Source: the human T2T-CHM13v2.0 reference genome, Homo sapiens. Taken from it: a DNA stretch of 64,000 nt. The notes beneath the pieces are model-generated. The model saw only the letters and a list, made by a program, of their open reading frames with translations, did no database searches and was not told the origin of the DNA. Below are positions 29,419 through 42,507 of this stretch, one piece after another (the stretch's first letter is position 1; each line of letters opens with the position of its first letter). A program made the translations under genes and the position numbers. The stretch is from the NCBI RefSeq assembly GCF_009914755.1, contig NC_060927.1; one strand, given 5' to 3'.

Positions 29419-30221
29419 AAGAACCTGCCATCAGAGTGAACAGGCAACGTACTCATCATCACTGGGCATTTGAAAAATTGAAATAAAAACCACAATGAGA
29501 TACCATCTTATGTGAGTTAGAATGTCAATCATTAAAAAGACAGGAAACAACAGATGCTGGAGAGGATGTGGAGAAATAGGCACACTTTTCCACTGTTGGT
29601 GGAAGTGTAATTAGTTCAACCATTGTGGAAGACAATGTGGTGATTCCTCAAGGATCTGGAACCAGAAATACCATTTGACCCAGCAATCCCATTATTGATT
29701 ATATACCCAAAGGCTTATCAATCATTCTGCTATAAAGACACGTGAAGACGTATGTTTATTGCAGCAGTATTCACAATAGCAAACACTTGGAACCATCCCA
29801 AATGTCCATCAATGATAAACTGGATAAAGAAAATGTGGCACATATACACCATGGAATACTACGCAGCCATAAAAAAGAATGAGTTCATGTCCTTTGCAGG
29901 GACATGGATGAAGCTGGAAACCATCATTCTCAGCAAACTAACACAGGAACAGAAAACCAAACACTGCATGTTCTCACTCTTAAGTGGGAGTTGAACAATG
30001 GGAACACATAGACACAGGGAGAGGAATGTCACACACTGGGGCCTGTCAGTGGGTGGGGGTAAAGGGAGGGAAAGCATTAGAACAAATACTGAATGCATGC
30101 GGGGCTTAAAACCTAGATGATGGGTTGATGGGTGCAGCAAACCACCATGGCACATGTGTACCTATGTAACAACCTGCACTGTCTGCACATGTATCCCACA
30201 ACTTAAGTATAAAGAAAAAAC
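29419..30221 (+). mobile_element. 5'-truncated L1 (L1PA8-like) with an internal deletion
   Basis: ORF2 C-terminal remnant (29752..29994) and 3'UTR GCATGCGGGGCTTAAAACCTAGATGA. Degenerate TSD AAGTAAACTTTTGTT / AAGTTAACTTTTTCTT. Confidence 0.88.
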
Positions 30222-30264
30222 AAGTTAACTTTTTCTTTATCATTCACAGTGGGTTGGGTTTCTA

Positions 30265-33200
30265 TTATACTGGCTGCTTCAGGATGGTGGGGAACATAGT
30301 AACATAGTAAGACCAGTGAATTCCATGAACTTGGTCCCATTGCTCCAATTCATTTGCTGTGAAGTGAGCTCCATAATCAGGAGGAATGTTGTGTGGAATA
30401 CCATGACAGTCAAGAAGGAATTCTATAGGTCCATGGATGGTAGCTTCAACAGAAGAATTGTGCATAGGGAAGACATTTCTGTATCCAAGTAAGTATCTAT
30501 TCCACTAGGAGCAAAACACTACTTCTTTCATGATAGATGAAGTCCAATGTAATCAACTTGACATCTAGCTTAATGCTTACTGATTGGGGACTCAGTGTTG
30601 GCTTCTTTTGCTGGTTGATTGAGCACCTCACAATGGCCCTAGACAGGTTGGCTTTGGTAAGTGGAAATGCATGTAGCTAAGCCCAGGCATAACATCCATC
30701 CCTATTACCACAGCCACCTCAGGCCTACTGGTATCCATAGATGGGTCATTCTATCCTCTTGATTATTAAAATTCTCCTCAGCTGAAGATTTTAATAATCA
30801 AGAGGATACACAGGTCAACATCCACATGAGCTACAAATACTGTCTTAGTCCACTTGTGCTGCTATAGCAGAATACCACAGATAGAGTAATTTACAAAAAA
30901 ACAAAAACGTACTTTTTCAGAGTTCTGGAGGGTAGGAAGTCAAGATCAAGATGCCATCAGATTGGATTTTCTGGTGAGGACTGCTATCTGCTTCCAAAAT
31001 GAATCCTTCTTGCTGCATCCTCTGGAGGGTAGAAACACTGTATCCTTACATGGTTGAAGGTGGAATGGCAAAGCAAACTGAAGCATTCTGCTCATGGCTT
31101 CCCAAAATTCATATCCTTTTCATATGCAGAATACATTAAATTCTATCCTAATAGCCCCAAAGTTTTAGCACATTTCAGCATCAACTCAAAAGTCTAAAGG
31201 CTAAAGTCTCATCTAGATATCATCTAAATCAGATTATGAGTAAGACATAAAGTATTTTTCATTCTGAGGTAAATTACTCTCTAGATATAAACCTATGAAA
31301 TCAAACAAGTTATGTGCTTCCAAAATACATGATGGGACAGAACAAATATTTCAATTCCAAAATGGAGAAATAGAAAAGAAGGAATAACAGGTCTCAATTA
31401 AGTCCAAAACCCAACAGTGCAAACAACATTAAATCTTAAGTCTTCAGGATAGCCTTGATGTTATGTCCCGCTTTCCAAATACACCGTGTTAGGGGTTGCA
31501 TCAATAAGGCTCCTGGTTCCTTGCCTCTCTGTCTTTGTTGAGTGCATCCTACACCGCAGGTCCTATGGATTGCAGTCCAGTGCCTGTAGTTCTCAGGATG
31601 CCACTGTAGCTAGTGGCTATACCGGTCTGAGGTCTCCTGGCAGCTCTGTTTCCATAGATCTACGGAAAATTGCCCCATTTGGGAGTCTCTGTGGTGGCTC
31701 TGACCCTGTGACACGTCTCTGCTTGGGTGTTGAGATTATCTGAGGCATCCCCTGAAATCTAGGTGGAGAAATCCGTGTGTCCATTCTGCAGGCTTGTGAA
31801 TTAGCATCACATGGATGTCACCAAGGCTTACCAATTCTGCACTCTGGGGCAGTAGCTTCAGCTGCAGGTGTGCACACCTGAGACACAACTTCCATTCAAC
31901 TTAGCTGGCAAAGGAGTTCTGTGTCATAATGCAGAGAGCAGAGACTTAAGGGGGCCCTGGGCAGTGAGTTTCCAGGTCCCCTCAAAGTCCTGGCGCTCTG
32001 GGACTGGCAGAGTCCAGTCCCAGATATGGGATATGGCAGGCTTGAAGATCTCTGAAATACTTTTGGACTCATTCTTGCATTGTCTTGATGAATAGCAGCT
32101 GGCTTTCTTCTATTATAAATAGACTAATATAGTGATCAAATGATCACTTGGTCACACCATTGACTTTCTTTTTGGAACATCCATCATTACTGTTTACATG
32201 ACCAGGCTGAAAATTTTCTAAATCTTTACATTCTCCTTCCCTTTTGATGACAAATTCCATCTTTTAATAGCTCCTCTCTCCTTGCATTTTACTATAAGCC
32301 ATTAAGAGAAGCCATGCAGCTCCCTCAACACTTTGCTGCTTATAGATTTGCCTTCCACGAAGTCCTAAGACACAGATACAACTCGGCCAAGTTCTTTGCC
32401 ACTTTGTAATAAGGAGAGTGTTTCCTCTAATTTCCAATAAGATAGTCCTCATTTCCATCTAAGACTTCATCAGAATATTTTTTATCATCCATATTTCTGC
32501 CCACATTCTGTTCATGACCACTCTAGTAATCTCTAAGAAGGATAAGGCTTTCCCTACCGCTCTTCCCTTGTGAATTCTAACCAGACTTGTCCTTAGTGCT
32601 TCATTCTTGAAAAATACGGGCTTTTTTCATCATTCACTTCAAAACTGCTATAGCCTCTACTCATTACCCCTATCCAAGACATTTCCACATTTTAGGTATT
32701 TGTTATAGGAACACTCCACTTCTTGGTACATATTTCTGTCTTGGCCTATTTGTGCTGCTATAACAGAATGCCAGAGACCGAGTAGTTATAAATGACGAAA
32801 ATTGATTTTATCACAACTCTAGAAGCTGGTATTTTCAAGATCCAGATGCTGACAGGTTTGGATGTCTGGTAGGGGTCCCCTCCCTGCTTCCTAGATGATG
32901 CCTTGAAAGCTCTTCTGGAGGAGAGGAACACTGTGTTCTCACGTGGTGAAAGGCAGAAGAGCAAGGAAACTGAAGGCTGTGGGAAAACTTTTCTAATAAG
33001 GGCTTTACGCCCATCAACAAGGAAAGAAGCCCTTATGACCTAAGCACCTACTAAAGGCCCCACCTCTTACTACTATCACACTGGCCATTGTTTCAACACC
33101 TGAATTTTGGAGGGGAAACATTCAAACCATAGCAGATATCTATATAATTTACACCCAGTTAGAGACATCTCTCCCAGCACCTTGCCTCAAATATCATTGT

Positions 33201-33606
33201 CACCAGTTTTCTAATTATGCTCCTTTCAAGTCCCTGATCATCCAGCTTAATCATTAGACATAGCTCATAAATTGATATATAATCACACATTTATTCATTT
33301 CTCCTTTTAAGCAAATTGAACAACCAAGTACATCATTTAGGATTTTTCTAACTGGGAGGATTTCCTTTCACCACTGTCCTTCAGAAAAGTCCCAGAAAGG
33401 AGCTGTAGTACGGTAGCCACCAAAATATTGCGCAGTGCTTGATTATGTTGCACAACCATCTGTATCCAGGCCTGAGTCTTCTCTTTCAGTGTCAGTTGAT
33501 TATAAGAACCTCCCCATGAGATTGTTGCTGAAGGCTCGCAGGGATAAGGCAGTGTAGCAGGGGTAGGGACCATGAGCATATGGGCCACTTCATATAATTT
33601 ACCTGT
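30265..33606 (-). mobile_element. ERVL internal (pol/integrase) fragment, split by a MaLR provirus
   Basis: Minus-strand peptide HGIPHNIPPDYGAHFTANELEQWDQVHGIHWSY is ERVL integrase-like. 33337..33627 is ERVL RNase H-like. Confidence 0.75.
30841..33134 (-). mobile_element. MaLR element (MST/MLT1A-type): partial LTR 30841-~31090, internal region, LTR 32737-33134
   Basis: Both LTRs start TGTCTT(A/G)G...TGTGCTGCTATA(G/A)CAGAAT. Ends ATTCAAACCATAGCA. Confidence 0.78.
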
Positions 33607-33988
33607 TGCGTTAGTCTGTTCTTGCATTGCTATAAAGAACTATCAGAGACTGGGTAGTTTTTAAAGAAAAGAGATTTAATGGACTCACAGTTGCAAAGTC
33701 TGTACAGGAAGCATGGTTTGGGGGGGCCTCAGGTAACTTACAATCATGGGGGAAGTTGAAGTGGAAACATGCATGTTGTACATGTCCAGAGAAGGAGGAA
33801 AAGAGAGAAGGGGGGAGGTGCTACACACTTTTAAACAACCAGATCTCATGAGAACTCACTATCATGAGAACAGAAAGGGGGAAGTCCACCCCTATGATCC
33901 AATCACCACACACCAGGCCCCTCTGCTAACACTGGGGATTGGAATTCAACATGAGATTTGGGTGGAACAACAAATCCAAACCATATCA
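33607..33988 (-). mobile_element. MaLR solo LTR (MSTA/THE1D-like)
   Basis: TTAGTCTGTTCTTGCATTGCTATAAAGAAC...CAAATCCAAACCATATCA. Confidence 0.85.
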
Positions 33989-36900
33989 CTATCCGTGATC
34001 CAAGTACAGATGATTTTATTTCTTTAATAAATACTATTACTATCGAGAAAGTTACATGTCACTATTTAAATATGAAATATAAATATTGCGAGAAAGTAAA
34101 TTCAATTTTATATTCTGAGTGGATGCTCCTTAACATGTTATTTTGTTAATGCTCTAACGAAAATTCTGAACATGCTACCACCATTTTCAAATCATTCAAT
34201 AATACTTCATTGGATTTTATGTAAGTTGGGGTAAAGAACATATCCTTGAACTACCTGTTGAGGTCACACCCATGCTGGCCTCCCTGAACACACCTGGTCC
34301 TTCCTGCTTCTCTCTTTGCATAACAGCCACACTTATCATTTGTTGTTTCTTCAATGATCAAGGCTCTCTGATAATCTAGATCTTCCCATGATGAAGACCT
34401 GTTGAATGGCAAATGTCCACAGGCATCACCTTGTTAGAAATGAAGGCTCTTGAGAAACCCACACCAGAACTGCTGAAAAAGAATCTGCATTTTGACAACA
34501 TCACTAGGAAAGTCATAGGCATTATAGTTTGAGAAGCACAGACCTAGGACACCTCCCACTGCAAGCCACTCCCTGGCTTTGTTTTACATTTGCTCCTTGT
34601 CTTCGTCCTAGTAAAATTTCCTCTCAGATTTTAGCTTACAATGGGGGATCTACATATATGTCTAAAATTTGCATGTCTGAAATTTGCATGGCAAGGACAA
34701 CTGTATTTGAGGTTGCTCCCAAAGAGGATCTAGAACTTTGGCTTTATTAAAATTATGTTTTGGTTACCTCAAATAAGACTATACTGAGTAAAGCACTAAC
34801 AGTAAATTTTACATATAAACTAAAGTTTGAGCAAATATGCCAGAAGTGTCATCCATGGTGGTAAATAGTAACATAAAGTGTTATTTCAATTGTTAAAACT
34901 AGAAGTGTCTACCATGAAATGATGTTTGTGACTCCAGAAGTCTGTAATGCCCGTGGGGACAACCTGGACTTACACATGTGCAAATGCACAATGCCCATTA
35001 GAACAGCTTCAATTTGTCCTACAGGGAGTCCTCTGACACTCTTATGAGAATTTCAGTTTTCCACTCCTTCCTCTGGCAAAAGTCCCCAGTTGCACAACTG
35101 GGCCACTTATATGCTCAAATGAAATTTAATAAACAACATTTTACTGTGCTTGGAAAATGAAACCTTCAAAAAGAATGAGTATGCAATGAATGGCTACCTG
35201 TGTTATTGACATTGCTGTGCTACTGTATGCATTTCTTTTTAGAAAGCACAACATGTTTAAAGGATATCCATAACTTCCTTCAAAATATGGGTAAGGAAGA
35301 AATAATTTCTCTAATTTTCATTATCATTTATAGAAATGTTGATAATGCCATTTAATTCATTAACATTTTAGATTGGGTAACAAGCTGTCATAATAGCAAG
35401 TACTAAACTGGATGACTCTGACTGGACTATTTTTATATTATAGTTTTATGACTATAATATTGATAAATAGTTATAAGACTGAATTGTTCCTTTAATATTT
35501 TACTATTTTCTTGATCTTATTATAATGAATTAATATGAACTAGGGCATTAAGCAATTAAAACCTGGTTTAAAAGTTCAGATTACAATGATTCTTAGAATT
35601 ATTTCTTGGAATTGTTCTGATATAAATACTCATTCCTTTTAATTGACCATATTCTCCAATTAAAACTTTTAAGGTAAATCACTTACATATTGACTCCTGT
35701 ATCCTTACGCTCATGTTTGACAATAATTTGGCATCTCACACTGTAAATGTTATTGATGCGTATAAAGGTTGCATTAAGCAGAGTCCTGGTATTTCTGCTT
35801 TGGCTACTTTTGAAACCAATATCTTTTGTCCCTGTATTTCTCTCTCTCTCCATATTCCAAATGTAGGATCAATGTGTTTAATTGGCCATCCTAGATCATT
35901 TCCCTTTATTCTAGATGTAAGAAGAATGGAAAAATGAGTTTCTAGTTCTTTTGGCTTCCAGGGCAGTAGATAACCTCTGACAGCCTCTATGTCTTGGATG
36001 GCAAAATAAGGTCACATCTTGGCCATTTACAGGACATATGTTCACTTTGTTACCTCTTTAATATAACTGGCTTGAGTTGATTTTCTTGCCGCCCTTTTTG
36101 TTTCTTTTTTACTCTCCAATGGATACATCATTCTTAATTATGCCTTTGACTACCGCAATGAATCCAAGTAATCATTTCTATTGAACTCTAATGGGCTCAT
36201 ATTACTGATCAGAACACACCTAGTTGTCCAGATGATGCTCACTCAAAAAACTTGTCAGAATACCTGAGTTCTCAATGTTTAATTTCCATCTTCCCAGTCA
36301 CCAGATAACTCCTCTCTCCTTCACTGACCACTTCATTCCCACAAAATATGTCACAGAATACTAGAGACTCAACATTCTGAATTCTTTAGAATATATCTCT
36401 TTGTCTTACCATCTCTTTCAATGTCATATCACACAAAGACTAGACACTTAACATGCATTTGAATCAACTGGAGGGTATTTTCAAATAAAGACCCTAAGAC
36501 CTCATTCCTGAAATAATTTCTATATTAAAACCTCACAACCTATATTTTTCAAAAAAACTCTCTCAGATACTATTTATGGGTAATCTGATTAGGGATTGCC
36601 TGGAACTTACTACAAGTTTCTAATTTGTATCCCTGAGTCCAGTTTCTTCTTCTTGCAGCATATTTTCTACACTATCAAAAACTAAATTTAAAAAATATAT
36701 TAGGATATAATGTCCCATCTTAAAATTTTTGGCACATGCTTATTATATGAAGAATAAAGGTTAAAATTCTTCACATGGCATTTATTTCATTTTTTTTTAA
36801 AATTCAGACCCTTCAAAAGTCTTTCCTGTTGACACTGGATCATATGCCAGACTCACAATTTTTCTACTGCACTCAATAGTGTCCATAGAAATATACTGCA

Positions 36901-37155
36901 TACAGAGAACGAGCCTCTTTTTATTAAAATCTGTTAATTACTGCACAGTTTCAAACCAAAATATATGATTTTTTTCCATTTTTTCATTGTAACAAATACC
37001 GTTTCATCAGTTATAGGACTGATTAAAAAATTGAGAGGGTTATGATCATTTTAGGGTTTGCTTCAACACCTCTTCCCCAATTTCAACTCATAATGCCATT
37101 GCAAATGTTTCCTTTCATTTGTTGCATTTTATTTTAGAGGACATGCAGTGAGGAC

Positions 37156-38074
37156 ATGGAAGAGGAAAATGCAACATTGCTGACAGAGTTTGTTCTCACA
37201 GGACTTTTATATCAACCACAGTGGAAAATACCCCTGTTCCTGACATTCTTGGTAATATATCTCATCACCATCATGGGGAATCTTGGTCTGATTGCTGTCA
37301 TCTGGAAAGACCCTCACCTTCAGATCCCAATGTACTTACTCCTCGGGAATTTAGCTTTTGTAGATGCTTGGATATCATCTACAGTGACTCCAAAGATGCT
37401 GAATAACTTCTTAGCTAAGAGTAAGATGGTATCTCTGCCTGAAAGCAAAATACAGTTTTTTTCGTTTGCAATCAGTGTAACCACTGAATGTTTTCTCTTG
37501 GCAACAATGGCATATGATCGCTATGTAGCCATATGCAAACCTTTACTTTATCCAGCCATTATGACCAATGGACTGTGCATCCGGCTATGTAGGTGGTCTT
37601 CTTCATGCTTTAATCCATGAAGGATTTTTATTCAGACTAACCTTCTGTAACTCCAACGTAGTACACCACATTTACTGTGACATTATCCCATTGTCTAAGA
37701 TTTCTTGTACTGATTCTTCTATTAATTTTCTAATGGTTTTTATTTTCTCAGGTTCAATTCAAGTTTTCACCATTGGGACTGGTCTTATATCTTATACATT
37801 TGTCCTCTTTACAATCTTGAAAAAGAAATCTGTCAAAGGTATAAGAAAAGCCTTCTCCACCTGTGGAGCTCATCTCTTATCTGTATCTTTATACCATGGG
37901 CCCCTCGACTTCATGTATATGGGCTCTGCATCCCCACAGGCTGATGACGAAGACATGATGGAGTCTCTATTTTACACTGTCATAGTTCCTTTATTAAATC
38001 CCATGACCTACAGCCTGAGAAACAAACAAGTAATAGCTTCATTCACAAAAATGTTCAAAAGAAATAATATTTAG
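37156..38074 (+). pseudogene. OR5H3P: Olfactory receptor OR5H-subfamily pseudogene with a single frameshift
   Basis: Two overlapping ORFs (37156..37620, 37568..38074) join into a 310-aa OR if 14 bp are restored after 37588. [12 protein letters not shown] and KAFSTCGAH are present. The symbol is from remembered cluster order. Confidence 0.9.
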
Positions 38075-39609
38075 ATCTCTTACTCATCTCTCTTTTCTAT
38101 TTACTAAAATAATCACAAAATTGTGCAAATTAGAGGTACCTATGTTTTTGCCAGCATTAAAAGATTTTGCAATTATAACTGTGCTAGCACTTTAATGACC
38201 TATGATGTTAATACCTACTTAACTAATTAAAATACTCCTATGTTCCTATGTTATTCAAAAGCATTTGAGAAATTTTAGTCAAGTGTTCATAATAGAATAA
38301 TGATAGCAGGAAGCAAATAAAAATATTGTACAGTATGGTATGTTAATCAATGTGTCTTATAAATGCATCAAATGCAAAATAGTCTAGTTCATCTGATAAG
38401 CACTTAAGTATGATGTTTTTGATACTAACACAACTGTATTACCTGAGACATCTATCATATTTATCTTCATAGTGAAGGTTGATATGTGTTTAGAGGAAGG
38501 CAGGTAGATCCCAAGAATTCTGCTAGCTTTCAAGAGGTCTTTCATTCCACTTAATTGCAAAAGAGGGAATTTTACTTCTTGTAGGAAGTCAACTCACATA
38601 TCAAACAGAGTAACAGAAATGGAAATGCAATGAGGACAAAATGAGAAGTGTTTAACAGTGAAGGCACTGCCAGTGTGCAAGAAGGCAAGAGAGTGCTGTT
38701 AACTCTGTGTGCTTGTATGAGTAAGAAGAGGCACGCAGCCTCTAACTTTCTAAGATCGCTTCTAAGGGACTTAGCAGCTGTGATAGTGTTTTCAGACAAT
38801 CTGAAAAGCTTCCCTAAATCGGAAAATTAAATGAATATACAGAACTTAGTTTGAAGTAGTCATAGAAAAGGAAAGACAAATGGCATAGTAGGAAGAAAAG
38901 GGTCTTCATTTTCCTAGAAAAAATAAATGAAGCTACTAAGATTTTAAAAGTCAGTGATGTTACAAGGTTATTGGAATGTGTTCTTGACAACCAGGGGCTT
39001 TAAATTTTTATCACCAAAGTTCAAAGAATTTTAAGATGACACGACATCATAGTGTCCAGTGATTTGGAAGAAAAACATGAAAAATGAGGAAGAGTTTGGA
39101 TATTTTCTGCTTCAAAAAGCCCTTGTTACCTTTCTTTTCACTTCATACTCTTGAAGTATATGAGTCATCCATCTACCATTCCACTCTGCCCTTTATCTTT
39201 TGACACTGAAATTCATTTCACTTTGTCACTGATACCAAGGCCCTTACCCTAAAAATTACTCACAGGTTGTTTTGAAAACCTCTAGTTATTTCCTCCATCC
39301 TTCTAGCACTCATTTATTCCCCCATTTTGCTGTCAGATTGTTTTTTCAATTCTTTCAATTTTTTTTTGTTGGATCGTCATTGCTACCTGATTATATATGT
39401 ATATGTGTTTTAGATGTCAATATATGTATACATATGCTTATGTATACATGAGAGGAGAGAAAGGCTTTTGTTGACTTAATGTGGAAGTAAGGCAAAAAGA
39501 AACTCTTTTGCTTAAAGTGGAGCAGTAGCATTATTTGGATTATTCCAGTAGAAAGTTCCTACTTAGAGGCTAGTTGATGATTTCAGATTGGTTAAAGTAA
39601 ACTTTTGTT

Positions 39610-40522
39610 AAGAACCTACCATCAGAGTGAACAGGCAACTACAGAATGGGAGAAAATCTTTGCAATCTATTCATCTGACAAAGGGCTAATATCCAGAATC
39701 TACAAGGAATTTAAACAAATTTACAAGACAACCCTATCAAAATGTGGGTGAAGGATATGAACAGACACTTCTCAAAAGAAGACATTTATGTGACCCACAA
39801 ACATATGAAAAAAAGCTCATCATCATTGGGCGTTAGAGAAATGCAAATCAAAACCACAATGTGATACCATGTCACACCAGTTAGAATGGCGATCATTAAA
39901 AAGTCAGGAAACCACAGATGCTGGAGAGGATGCGGAGAAATGGGAACACTTTTATACTGTTGGTGAGAATGTAATTAGTTAACCATTGTGGAAGACAGTG
40001 TGGTGATTCCTCAAGGATCTGAAACCAGAAATACCATCTGACCATCAGTCCCATTATTGATTACATACCCAAAGACTTATTTATCATTCTGTTATAAAGA
40101 CACATGAAGACGTATGTTTATTGCAGCAGTATTCACAATAGCAAGCACTTGGAACCAACCCAAAGTCCCATCAAGTATAGACTGGATAAAGAAAATGTGG
40201 CACATATACACCATGGAATACTATGCAGCCATAAAAAAGAATGAGTTCATGTCCTTTGCAGGGACAAGGATGAAGCTGGAAACCACCATTATCAGCAAAC
40301 TAACACAGGAACAGAAAACCAAACACCGCATGCTCTCACTCTGTCAGGAGGTGGAGGGAAGGGGAGGGAGAGCATTAGGACAAACACCTAATGCATGCAG
40401 GGCTTAAAACCTAGATGACGGGTTGATGGATGCAGCAAACCACAATGGTACATGTATAACTTTGTAACAACCTGCATGATCTGCACATGTATCCCAGAAC
40501 TTAAAGTATAAAGAAAAAGAAA
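39610..40522 (+). mobile_element. 5'-truncated L1 (L1PA8-like), paralog of 29419-30221
   Basis: Same 5' junction (ACTTTTGTTAAGAACCT.CCATCAGAGTGAACAGG) and same 3' flank, but a different internal deletion. Confidence 0.9.
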
Positions 40523-41051
40523 AAGTTAATTTTTGTTTTACCATTTACAATGAGTTGGGTTTCTGTGTGCTTACGTAGAAACCCACTTTGCTGGAGCCAC
40601 CTCAGCCTAATGTTCAATTTTATTATAGAATAAATTATTACTCAAATATATTATTTACTATTTTCTCCCTTTTGTTTCACTTCTCAATTATAGGATATTG
40701 GTGGGATATTATGGGAATTATGGGATATGGGATATTGACCAATACTCAGATACACGAGCACTTTCTCACCACCAGAGCTTGTTGTCTTTGTCTCAGCATA
40801 AGTTACAATTTCTAGTCTCTTAAAGCAGTGTTTCTTTTATTGGACACTTTGTTTATGCCATTTTAATCTTATGGAGAAAATCTGGTAACTGTGACGGCTA
40901 TGAATTTGCATTTCAGACTCTTGAGAAAATACAGCATACCAGGAAGGTTACAATGATGACCCTCACGAGGAAAATATCAAGGGACTTGGAATTACTCCAC
41001 AGCCAAAGTGCCCATGAATGAAATAAAACAAATAAAAAGTTAATGGCTATA

Positions 41052-41352
41052 GGCCTGGTGTGGTGGCTCACGGCTCTAATCCCACCACTTTGGGAGACTG
41101 AGGTGGGTGGACCACTTGAGGTCAGGAGTTCCAGAACAGCCTGGCCAACATGGTGAAACCTGTCTCTACTAAAAATACAAAAAAATTAGCCTGGGGTGGT
41201 GGCAGGCACCTGTGATCCCAGCTACTTGTGAGGCTGAGGCAGATGAATCGCTTGAACCCAGGAGGCCGAGGTTGCAGTGATGGTGCTACTGCACTCCAGC
41301 CTGGGCAAGAGAGCGAGACTCTGTCTCAGGAAAAAAAAAAAAAAAAAAAAAA
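41052..41352 (+). mobile_element. Alu (AluS-type)
   Basis: Alu dimer and poly(A). TSD AAAGTTAATGGCTATA / AAGGTTAATGGTTATA. Confidence 0.93.
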
Positions 41353-42507
41353 GGTTAATGGTTATAACAATCTGTGAACTTAGTGTCTGAGCCCAAAGGG
41401 CAGTTAGTTGAGAAGATTTTTAGATTTTAAGCTCAAAGCATCTTTTGATGATGGAATAAAATGGCAGTTGCAATCTGTTGATTTTTCTGTTTTGTAGTCT
41501 CAGTGTCTCTGATTATGTTATTGGATATTTTGGTGAGCTTTTTAGCAGCCCACTCAGCTGCATGTATGAAGATTGTCCTCTGAAGTTTATATCAAGTTTT
41601 CCACACCAAGCTCACAGGGCTTCATGAAAAAGACAATTTATAGGTAGATAATAAAACTCAAAGATAACAGACAGAAGTTGAATTTAATAGCGGATGCACT
41701 ATAATTTTCTACTGAAATATATTTTGGGTTATTAATTTGGCAGATCATCAGCTTCCCAATGTAGCTTTTGTTTTGTAACTAGGTTAATGAGTTGAAGGTG
41801 GATCCCACTGATGAATAGGACAAGTATTTTCTATGCTGAACTCAACATGAATTGACCAGAATGTTTTACAAATCATACTTCTAATCTTGCCTTATAGTCA
41901 GAGATTAGTTCCTCCCATTTTGTTTATAAGATTACGTATCAGACCAGTGAGTTTTTAAAGAAATACTTGGGGAATGGATTCTAGAGGATTATTTGTTATT
42001 TTCCCACCCTGTTTTATTCCTTTTCTGGAAGATTGAGGGGTTGGATCTTTGCTATCTATCTTAGGTGCCTCACATTTGGCTTCAGCTACTGGAGTTTCAG
42101 CTGCAGTTTGAATGAGGAGGACAATTTTACAAATTTACATGGGGTTGGCTTCTGAAGGGAACCTAGATCTTTGGCCTTATTAAAATCATGTTTTGACCAG
42201 CTCTGATGAGACTATACTAATCACAGCATTCAGAGCATCCTATTTTATGTACAAACTAAAGTTTGCATATAATGTCTGAAGTGTTATGTGTTGTGGATAA
42301 TAGTAGCATAAAGTGTAATTTCAATTGTTAAAACCCAAACTGGGTATGGTGACTTAATGTCTATGTTTCTAAACTCTGCAGTACCCTGTAGGATAATCTG
42401 TATTTCTCATACACATCTAAATCCATGATGCCCAGTTGAAGTTCTTCACTTTGTCCTCTACTTCTTTCTTTCCTGGTGAAAATGGAGATATAATATTGGT
42501 CAACACT

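Noticed and set aside
35016-35028. TCCTACAGGGA (also near 49292 and 59651) as an O/E (EBF) site
   Set aside because: The spacing and sequence do not fit TCCCNNGGGA well enough to call by eye.
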